From Candidatus Eiseniibacteriota bacterium (GTDB lineage Bacteria; Eisenbacteria; RBG-16-71-46): DNA of 64,000 nt. Of the stretch, positions 56,566-64,000 are shown in pieces (positions within the stretch are counted from its first letter, which is position 1; every line of letters starts with the position of its first letter). The notes below the pieces were generated by a model. That model made no database searches, was not told the origin of the DNA, and saw only the letters and a program-made list of their open reading frames with translations. The position numbers were made by a program, and so were the translations under genes. The DNA is taken from positions 1 to 64,000 of the forward strand of contig JBGPFC010000010.1 of assembly GCA_041483195.1 (NCBI GenBank), in the 5' to 3' direction.

Positions 56566-57918
56566 CTAGTGGATGATCTTCGACCGCTTCTGGGCGAAGT
56601 TCCAGCTCGGATCGTTGTCGCCCTGGTGGCAGGTGACGCACACCTGCTCTGTGACGGCGCGATGCTCCTTCGTGTAGGCGTCGTGCTGGGTTCCCATGCC
56701 GTGGCAACTTTCGCACTGGACGTTGACGAGCGCCGGCGATTCGCTGGCATTCACGAATCCGCCTGGCTTCTTGTAGCCCACCACGTGGCACGAGACGCAA
56801 TCGGACGACGTGTCCTTGTGGTTGTCGATCAGCGTCTGCCAGGCACGCGCGTGGGGCGTCGTCTTCCATTGCTCGGCCTGCTGGGCGTGGCAGCGAGTGC
56901 AGACCTCGGCGCCCACGAACTTGTCGGGGCTGTTCTCGAGATCCTTCTGGGCCTGCTGCACGACCTGTTCCTTCTCGCGCTTGCGCAGTTTCTCGTTCCA
57001 ACTGTCGTCGAACAGCTTGACCATCTGCGCGATCTCGGGCTTCTCGCCGACCTCGGGCCCGAGGATGAAGGTCTCGTTGTCGCCGGTCGTCACGTGGCGC
57101 TTCGCGTCGAGCGCGAGCACGGTGCGCCCGATGTACTGGCCCTGCTCGCCGCCGTAGCAAGCGACCGTGGTCTTGATGAGACGGCCCTTCTGGAGCATCG
57201 GCGCGTTGCGTCCGACGATCAGCGCGTCGATGCCGTCCACCGCGGTCACCAGGTCTTCGCTCTCGACCTTGCCGAGCTGCGAGAGCAGCACGATGACCGT
57301 CGCGCCCTTCTTGCGCATCTCGGCCACGGCCGCCTTGGCCGCCGCGACCGGATCCTGGACGACGAGCGAGTCGCGGGCCGGGCCGAGGTCCACTTTGTCG
57401 CTGATGACTCCCATGATGCCGAGCGTGGCCGTTCCCACCTTCTTGACGACGTAGGGCTGGAGCACGGGCTTCTTCGTCTTCTTGTCCATCAGGTTGACGC
57501 ACACGACCGGGAGATGGTCGGCCGCGGCGCGCGACTTGATGAACGCGAGCCCGTAGCGCAGATCACGATCGCCCACGCCCACCGCGTCGGTGCCGAGCAC
57601 CTTCATCGCGTCCATCAGGAACCAGGCGACGTCCTCGTACTGATCCTGCTCCGGGAAGTAGCCGCCGTTGTCGACGAGCACCACCTGTCCGTACTGCGCC
57701 TTGATGCTGTCCGTGAAGCTGGCCCGCCGGGCCAGTCCGCCCTTGGGGGTGTGTCAGCCACAGGGACCGGTCTTGCCCTTCACGTCGGTGGTCGAAAGGA
57801 TGATGACCTTGTCGGGCTCGAGCGTGGAGTGACTGGCCGTCGTGGCGCCCGAGAGCATGACCCACAACAGGACGGCCATCACGGCGGACGCGAGCAGGCG
57901 GGAAGCCAGCGACTTCAT
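56566..57918 (-). CDS. Putative selenoprotein: UshA-like (C-G-U) domain fused to a tetraheme cytochrome c, 450 aa with U55
   Basis: ATG at 57918 gives a signal peptide and 'IILSTTDVKGKTGPCG-TGA-HTPKGGLARR', in frame with track ORF 56566-57684. C-terminus has CTRCH, CVSCH, CESCH and CVTCH. Confidence 0.88.
57719..57756 (-). promoter_or_regulatory. In-frame UGA plus bacterial SECIS-like hairpin
   Basis: TGA at 57756-57754, an 18-nt spacer, then CTGGCCC-GGC-GGGCCAG (57735-57719) with a G-led apical loop. Confidence 0.75.
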
Positions 57919-57982
57919 GGAGTGCGATCTCCGGTCTCGAGGGTGGCATCGCGTCGAAGCGTGGCGCGCGAAAACGCTTGCG

Positions 57983-58012
57983 ATTCTACGGGTCTGGCTC
58001 CGGCAACGTCAA
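57983..58012 (-). promoter_or_regulatory. Sigma70 promoter for the selenoprotein gene
   Basis: TTGACG-N18-TAGAAT about 65 nt upstream of the ATG at 57918. Confidence 0.65.
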
Positions 58013-58034
58013 GAATATGGGCGTCCGGATTTTG

Positions 58035-58328
58035 CTAAACCTCGACCCGATAGCGCCGCAACAGATCCTTCGATGGCACCCGCTTGCGGGAGCCGCCATG
58101 GACGACCAGGACGCGGAACCCGTACCGCTCGAGTCCGAAGTGGCGCTCGATGATCCGGACCAGCCCATCGATCGTCGCGTCGCCGCGGATGGTTCGGCCG
58201 CGGCGGCCCTGCCCGTGCGCCCGGGCCAGCCCCGCCTCGTAGCCTTCCTCGTATGAGCGCTTGAGCAACCGTTGCAGAGTCCGCCAGTGGGTGAGGCGCA
58301 GCTTCTTCAGGACCTGTGTCTGGGTCAT
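58035..58328 (-). CDS. Hypothetical basic protein (97 aa)
   Basis: GGAGG RBS before ATG; plausible codon use; no family recognised. Confidence 0.7.
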   Translation of the reverse strand: MTQTQVLKKLRLTHWRTLQRLLKRSYEEGYEAGLARAHGQGRRGRTIRGDATIDGLVRIIERHFGLERYGFRVLVVHGGSRKRVPSKDLLRRYRVEV

Positions 58329-58469
58329 GACGTGCCCTCCCTGAATACTTGGAGCCCGCCGGGACTCTAGCAGACGGCCGCACCGGCCGCTCGGAAACCG
58401 GGGAGTCCCCCCGGCGCCGATGAGCCGGCGGTCGGCATCGGGGTCCGGCCGCGCTCCCGCCCCGCGGGA

Positions 58470-58498
58470 TTGCGAGGTCCGCGCGAGGGTCTTACACT
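58470..58498 (+). promoter_or_regulatory. Sigma70 promoter for rhodanese-mauE
   Basis: TTGCGA-N17-TACACT. Confidence 0.6.
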
Positions 58499-58628
58499 GA
58501 GTGGTCCCTTAAGGACCTCCGGACCGCACCGATGCGGGGGCCGGAAGCACGCCGATCGGACTCCCGGTTCGGGCCGCGAGACGGGAGACGATCGAAGACC
58601 GAAGGCCGATCATGGGAGCGAGAGGCGC

Positions 58629-59486
58629 ATGGCGATTCCGGAGCATTCCGATCGCGGTCCGAGCGGCGATGAAACCCTGCGATTCGCACTTCTGATACTC
58701 GTGATCGGGATCGGTCTCGGGATCGCGTACAACGCGCTCGGGCTCGCGAGCCGGCCCGCCCGGGGCCTGCCGTGGGTCGGGCACGCCACGAGCGTGCAGA
58801 GCCTCGAATCGCTGGAGTCGCTCCCGGATGCGACGCCCGCAGCGGCCTCGACCCGCGCACCGACCACGACGCCCGCGCCGAGCGGCACGGGGGCACAAGC
58901 TGCGAAGACGCCTCCGTCGCACCCGGATTCGACAGCGCGGGCGGCGACTCCCGCGCGCGGCACCAGGTCCCCGTCCAAGACGCCCGCCGCTCCCCCCCGG
59001 CACGCCGCGGTCACCACTCCCGCCCCGATCACGGCGCCGCCCCCCGCCGCGACGCCGCCCGCCGCGATGCCGCCCGCCGCGCCGGCCACGGCGCCCCGCA
59101 CCGCCGACCTGCCGGTGATTCCGGACGTGAGCGGTCCGCTCAAGCTGGAGATCGCGACGCTCCGGCGGCTCTACGACGCCGACGCGGCGCTCATCATCGA
59201 CGCCCGGGATTCCGAAGACTACAAAGACGGCCACATCGCGGGCGCCATCGGCCTCTCTTACAACGACGCCCTCGCCGAACCCGACAGGGTGAAGCGGCTC
59301 GATTCGGGCGGGCGCCCGTTCGTGCTCTATTGCAGCGGCGGGGATTGCGAGCTGTCCATGGATCTCGCGAAGGTGCTGGTCGCCGCCGGCAAGCGGAAGG
59401 TTCTGGTGTACGAGGGTGGCTTCCCCGAGTGGCAGGCGGCGGGCAATCCGGTCGCCAAGGGCCCGGACCCCGGAGCGCGTCCATGA
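58629..59486 (+). CDS. Membrane-anchored rhodanese-like protein with Pro/Ala/Thr linker
   Basis: N-terminal TM helix; 'IIDAR...Y..GHIAGA', 'LYCSGGDCELS', 'YEGGFPEW'. Confidence 0.9.
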   Translation: MAIPEHSDRGPSGDETLRFALLILVIGIGLGIAYNALGLASRPARGLPWVGHATSVQSLESLESLPDATPAAASTRAPTTTPAPSGTGAQAAKTPPSHPDSTARAATPARGTRSPSKTPAAPPRHAAVTTPAPITAPPPAATPPAAMPPAAPATAPRTADLPVIPDVSGPLKLEIATLRRLYDADAALIIDARDSEDYKDGHIAGAIGLSYNDALAEPDRVKRLDSGGRPFVLYCSGGDCELSMDLAKVLVAAGKRKVLVYEGGFPEWQAAGNPVAKGPDPGARP

Positions 59487-59911
59487 GCGCCGGCGGAAAT
59501 TTCCTCACCTCGCGCGCGCTCGTCGGCCTGTGCCGAATCGTGGTCGGACTCGTCATGATCGCGGCGGCGCTCGGCAAGATCGGCGACCCCGCGGCGTTCG
59601 CATCGCAGATTCATCACTACCGTCTCATCCCGGCGGCCCCCGAGAACCTGCTCGCCATCACGCTTCCCTGGATCGAGCTGGTCGCGGGGCTCGCTCTGGT
59701 GCTCGGCGTGCGGGCGCGATCGGGAGCATGGCTGGTGGCGGCGATGATGGTGGTCTTCACGCTCGCCGTGACCTCCGCGCTCGCGCGCAACCTGAACATC
59801 GACTGCGGTTGCTTCGGCACCGCCGACGCCTCGCGGATCGGATGGACGAAGCTGCTCGAGAACATCGCCCTGACCGGCGCTGCGGTGGTCGCCTCGCTGC
59901 GACCGAGATGA
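59483..59911 (+). CDS. MauE/DoxX family redox-associated membrane protein
   Basis: ATGA overlap; 'LPWIELVAG', 'IDCGCFG'. Confidence 0.9.
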   Translation: MSAGGNFLTSRALVGLCRIVVGLVMIAAALGKIGDPAAFASQIHHYRLIPAAPENLLAITLPWIELVAGLALVLGVRARSGAWLVAAMMVVFTLAVTSALARNLNIDCGCFGTADASRIGWTKLLENIALTGAAVVASLRPR

Positions 59912-60035
59912 TCTCGCCCACGCCGCGCGGCGCAGGCTCGCCCCGCGCGACGTTCGGGCTCCCCGCCCCGCGCGCATTGCCAGATGCCGGAGGGGGTTCT
60001 ACTCTGCGGTTCGCGCGAAGGGAGCCCGGAACCGC

Positions 60036-60854
60036 ATGAGCTACGAGACCCTCAACGAGACCGAGTGGGACCAGGTCCGTCACATCTGGGAGATGCTCGA
60101 CGACGGCGAGACCGACCGGGCGCGCATCCAGCTCGACGACCTGATGCGCAGCCGCCCCGGGCATCCGGATCTCCGCATCGTCGACGCCTCGATCGCGCTC
60201 GACGAGGGTGACGCGAAGCGCGCCCACGATGCGCTCGATGGCGCCGAGCGCTCGGCCGATCCCGCACTCTTCTTCCAGCTGCGCGCGGTCGCGGGGTTTC
60301 AACTCGTGCGCTTCGAGGAAGCGCTCGCCGACGCCGAACGCGCGCTCGCCGTCCAGCCCGAGATGGCCGAGTCGCACGAGCTGCTCGCACGCATCCACGA
60401 ATTCCTCGGGAACGCCGCGAAGGCGCGCGAGCACGCCCTGGAGGCGGCGGAGCTGGATCCCGAGCTGTGCCCGCTTCCGCTCGACGTGAGCGACGAGGAC
60501 TTCGACGCCGTGGTCGAGAAGAGCCTGGTCGAGCTGCCGGACGAGGTGCGCGCCCATCTCGCCGAAATTCCCGTGATCGTCGACCCGTTGCCCGACCGCG
60601 CGGTGCTCACCGCCGAGAATCCGCCGCTCGCGCCCGACCTGCTCGGGCTGTTCGTCGGCCGCCACCTGCTCGAGCGCCAGCACGACGACGTGCCGGGCTC
60701 GCCGGGATCGATTCACCTGTTCCGCCGCAACCTGCTGCGCGCGTGCGCCGACCGCGAGGAGCTCGAGAAGGAGATCCGCATCACCGTGCTCCACGAGGTC
60801 GGGCACCTGCTCGGTCTCGACGAGGACGATCTCGAGCGCTGGGGGCTGGGCTAG
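60036..60854 (+). CDS. TPR plus minimal zincin metallopeptidase
   Basis: TPR-like N-terminus; 'LLGLFVG...IHLFRRN...TVLHEVGHLLGLDEDDL'. Confidence 0.87.
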   Translation: MSYETLNETEWDQVRHIWEMLDDGETDRARIQLDDLMRSRPGHPDLRIVDASIALDEGDAKRAHDALDGAERSADPALFFQLRAVAGFQLVRFEEALADAERALAVQPEMAESHELLARIHEFLGNAAKAREHALEAAELDPELCPLPLDVSDEDFDAVVEKSLVELPDEVRAHLAEIPVIVDPLPDRAVLTAENPPLAPDLLGLFVGRHLLERQHDDVPGSPGSIHLFRRNLLRACADREELEKEIRITVLHEVGHLLGLDEDDLERWGLG

Positions 60855-62038
60855 CCGCTCCCGGTTTCGTCCTCCACCACCTCGTCCACCCCGATCGCGC
60901 CGCTCTCGCATCGCGCGCACGGCAGCCGGTAGCGCGAGACCTCCGCGCGCCGCGCCAGCGCCGTGACCGCCACGCGCGCAGCGGCGGGGCCCCCCGCATC
61001 CAGCGCGGATGCGATCGCGCGCAGCGCGGGACCGAGCGTGGTGCCGCGCGCGAAGGGTTCCTCCATCAGGCGCGAGAGCCGCTCGCGCGCGAGCGGCGCC
61101 GACGCGCGCCCCGCCTCGTCCTTCATGCCGAGCGCCGCGTACCCGTGCGCCACCAGCGCGCGATCCCAGAACGTCTCGTGCTCGAGCTCGCCCTCTGCCG
61201 CGCGCAGCACGCGCGCATCCACGCACGCCGCGCCGTCGCGTGGCGCCCGCGATCGCGCGCGCTCCACCAGCAACGACCACAGCAGGCGGCCGACCGTCGC
61301 GTCGCTCCAGTATTCGGACGGCGGCCCCGCCTCCTCGCGCGCGGCGGCGATGACGGCGGCCGCCGGGAGCCCGGGCGTGACGGCCACCGCCTCGACGATT
61401 GCGAGCGCCGCGCGATTCCAGCGCACCTCGCGCCGATCGCCGGCGTGCGCGAAGTCGTCGCGGGCGCCGGCGAAATCCGCGCGTGTCGCGCGCAGCGCGC
61501 CGCGTGCCAGGCGCGTCGCGGGGTCGTCCTCCGCCGCGAGCGCGCGATCGTATGCGCGCTCGGCGAGCGCGAGATCCCGCGTCCGCTCGGCCGCGATCCC
61601 GACCGCGCGCGCGACCCGTCCCGTCGCCCCGCCCGCCGCGCGCAGGGCGCTCAGGCTGGTGAGCGCGCGGCGCCACGCGCCGGCGCGCAGCGCGCCGAGC
61701 GCATCGCGGGTCGCGGCGTCGTCACCCGGCGCGGCATCGGGCGGGGTGAGATCGGTGAGAAATCGCGGCCGCTCCGGGAGGATCGCGCCGAGCGGCGCGG
61801 CGTCCTCCAGCCAGGCGGCGAGCACGGCGTCCAGATGCTGCAGCGTGGAGGACAGCTCGACGAAGCGCGGCGCGCCGAGCGTGAGCTTCGCGCCGCACGC
61901 GCAGCGGGGCGGCGGCGCTTCGCGCGGGACCGTCGCGCCCCGCTGGCACGCCTCGCACCAGGCGTCGATCGCCGCGCCGCGCGGGCCGATCCACGCGCCG
62001 GCGCCGCAGGCATCGCAGCTCAGACGCCAGCGCGCCAT
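60851..62038 (-). CDS. Hypothetical protein with Cys pairs and TPR-like helices
   Basis: CDAC, CEAC and CAC near the N-terminus and CARC near the C-terminus; starts just downstream of lptD. Confidence 0.65.
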   Translation of the reverse strand: MARWRLSCDACGAGAWIGPRGAAIDAWCEACQRGATVPREAPPPRCACGAKLTLGAPRFVELSSTLQHLDAVLAAWLEDAAPLGAILPERPRFLTDLTPPDAAPGDDAATRDALGALRAGAWRRALTSLSALRAAGGATGRVARAVGIAAERTRDLALAERAYDRALAAEDDPATRLARGALRATRADFAGARDDFAHAGDRREVRWNRAALAIVEAVAVTPGLPAAAVIAAAREEAGPPSEYWSDATVGRLLWSLLVERARSRAPRDGAACVDARVLRAAEGELEHETFWDRALVAHGYAALGMKDEAGRASAPLARERLSRLMEEPFARGTTLGPALRAIASALDAGGPAAARVAVTALARRAEVSRYRLPCARCESGAIGVDEVVEDETGSG

Positions 62039-62066
62039 GGCGTGTTCCCGCGCATCGTGCCCATCG

Positions 62067-64000
62067 CTACTGGATGCCGCCGATGCTGCCGGTCCTCGTG
62101 CCGCGCTCGACGAAGATCTCCTTCTGATCCTTCACCGAGAGACGGAAGTAGTACTCGGCCTCGCCGCCGGTGGTGAAGCTCCGCGAGAAGGCGACGATCC
62201 AGCAGTGGAGATCGCGCGACAGCCCGAAGCGCTGGGTGAGGATCTCGCGCTGGCCGAGATCCATCGAGGTCGAGTAGTCGAGGCCCCAGCCCGGACTGAT
62301 CTGGTATTGGAGCACCGCGTTCGCGGTCTGGCTGCTGCTCCACAGATTGCGGAACACGTAACCGCCCGAGTACGAGTAGGCGAGCCCCAGCGTCCAGCTC
62401 TCGCGAGCCTCGGGCTCGGTGGGCGCGCCCTGATCCACCGGCAGCTCGGGGGCGGCCGACGGATGGCGGCCGCTCGAGAGGCTGAGCCCGGTGCTGTAGC
62501 CGAGATTGCGCACCGGGTGCGGGTTGTACACGTCGGTGTTCCAGCTGAAGCTCGCGTTGAAGACGCCGGGCGGCTGGAGGAAGAGGCTCGAGCCCAGCGT
62601 CGAGAGCGGGTGCAGCTGCTGCTGCTCCTTCCACAGGAAGTTGTATGAGCCGCGCGTGCTGAACGAGACCAGGTTGTCGAGCCGCTGCACGCGCTCGCCA
62701 TGCTGGAGCTTCACCTGGAGCCGCTGATCGAGGCCGAAGCTCATGAACGACTGCTTGAAGCCCGACACGCCGAAGCCGCCGAAGCTGTCGAACCGCTGCT
62801 GGCGCTGTCCGTTCGCGTTCACGAACGTCAGGCTCTCGAACTCGGGGCTGTACGAGTACGAAGCGCTCGGCGTCACGACGTGGCGGATCCCGACCAGCGG
62901 GCCGATCCGCCGGCGAAACGTGCCGTAGAACGACGCGCTGGTCGTGACCCCCGAGCTCCACACCCCCGCCGCCGTCCGGCCCAGGGATTTCGGATCGCTC
63001 AGGTCGAGATGGTGCCCCTGTTCGTCGAAGTCGAAGATCACCGTGTTCGCGTCGACGAAGGGTTGGAGGTTGAGCCAGCCGAACATCCGCCGCGAATCGG
63101 AGAGCGAGGCGCTCGACGCGAACGCGCGCCGCGTCGTGTTCCGCTGCCCGAGCACCGCGATCGAGTCGGGAACGCCGCCCACGCTGAACGTGTCCTGCCG
63201 CGCGACGAAGGCGCGGCGCTCGCGCTGAGATGCGAAGCGGGTGCTGAGCGAGAAGTAGAGCGTGCTGAGCGGCTTCTGGAGGAACGTCTTCTGCAGCGGG
63301 CCGAACGCCCCCACCGAGCGGGTGGGGAACGACACCGAGAGGTTGGGCGCGGTCTCGAGCAGGTTGGGCAGCGACGCGAGGGTGCCGGTCGGGCGACCGT
63401 GCAGCGGACCGCTGCCGTCGGGATCCTCGATCCCGACGTCGGCGTCGAGGTCCTGCCGCCGGTCGAGCGCCGCGCTGATGCCGGCCCAGTCGGCGTTGTG
63501 GTTGATCGAGAGGCTCGAGGTCAGGAAGCGATTGAGCCGCTGGCTCAGCGTGCGGCCGAACTGGTTGCTGGTGCTGTAATCGCGGCTCGAGACGAACGAG
63601 GCGAGCGCCGCCAGTTGGGTGCGCGGCGAGAGCTCCTGCCAGTGATTGGCGGTGAAGTCCCAGTCTTCGTGCTGCTTGGCCTCATCGCGGGTCAGCGTGC
63701 CGCGGAACTGGCCGTTCAGCGCGTAGAGCAGCTTGTATTCGCCCTCGGTGCGCATCACCCACGAGGGCTCCGCCTGGTAGTAGTCGCCAGAGAACGTGAG
63801 ATCCATGTAGTCGTTCGGCGCCCAGTAGTAGCCGGCATTGCGCAGGAACTGCCCCGCGCGATTGCTGAAGCCGAACTCGAACTGCGGGAACAGGAACCCG
63901 GAGTGACGCCCGGGCTTGATCGGAAAGATCCAGAACGGCAGCGCGAGCAGCGGAACGTTCTTCACGTAGAACACGACCGGCTTCGCGATCAGCTTGTCCT
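62067..64000 (-). CDS. lptD: LPS assembly protein LptD (5' part outside the window)
   Basis: 'P....P...FP....RHSGFLFP', 'GYYWAPNDYMD', beta-barrel strands and 'RDLHCW'. Confidence 0.88.
   Translation of the reverse strand, partial: DKLIAKPVVFYVKNVPLLALPFWIFPIKPGRHSGFLFPQFEFGFSNRAGQFLRNAGYYWAPNDYMDLTFSGDYYQAEPSWVMRTEGEYKLLYALNGQFRGTLTRDEAKQHEDWDFTANHWQELSPRTQLAALASFVSSRDYSTSNQFGRTLSQRLNRFLTSSLSINHNADWAGISAALDRRQDLDADVGIEDPDGSGPLHGRPTGTLASLPNLLETAPNLSVSFPTRSVGAFGPLQKTFLQKPLSTLYFSLSTRFASQRERRAFVARQDTFSVGGVPDSIAVLGQRNTTRRAFASSASLSDSRRMFGWLNLQPFVDANTVIFDFDEQGHHLDLSDPKSLGRTAAGVWSSGVTTSASFYGTFRRRIGPLVGIRHVVTPSASYSYSPEFESLTFVNANGQRQQRFDSFGGFGVSGFKQSFMSFGLDQRLQVKLQHGERVQRLDNLVSFSTRGSYNFLWKEQQQLHPLSTLGSSLFLQPPGVFNASFSWNTDVYNPHPVRNLGYSTGLSLSSGRHPSAAPELPVDQGAPTEPEARESWTLGLAYSYSGGYVFRNLWSSSQTANAVLQYQISPGWGLDYSTSMDLGQREILTQRFGLSRDLHCWIVAFSRSFTTGGEAEYYFRLSVKDQKEIFVERGTRTGSIGGIQ

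Overview
High-GC bacterial chromosome segment. Several large secreted proteins end in FlgD-Ig/T9SS-like C-terminal domains, which suggests an FCB-group organism such as Ca. Eisenbacteria (inference only). 1-17 kb is an accessory block of secreted proteins (FG-GAP repeat protein, a 1318-aa protein with a papain-like module, a vanadium haloperoxidase-like protein, a triple-GEVED protein) plus a modABC operon. 17.7-19.7 kb holds tadA and tRNA-Arg(ACG), tRNA-Ser(GCT) and tRNA-Ser(TGA). 19.7-20.6 kb is a degenerate tyrosine-integrase remnant between 13-bp direct repeats, containing a possible 5' fragment of a tRNA-Sec gene; a Ser/Thr kinase and a TonB-dependent receptor follow. 25-64 kb is mostly housekeeping, envelope and sulfur amino-acid genes (DUF4301, hybrid kinase, msrC-like, M1 peptidase, mnmA, iscS-like, GT9, DUF62, S41 protease, nagZ, hydantoinase A/B, CBS/CGL, rhodanese, MauE, lptD). 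The top observation is a gene the ORF track truncates: 56566-57918 (-) reads through an in-frame TGA in a C-G-U motif followed by a bSECIS-like hairpin. This predicts an exported selenoprotein made of a UshA-like fold lacking most metal ligands fused to a tetraheme cytochrome c, next to rhodanese/MauE and CBS/CGL genes. Also notable are a Cyc2-like monoheme cytochrome-porin fusion, a 5-nt duplication that breaks the iscS start, and a structured intergenic repeat element.
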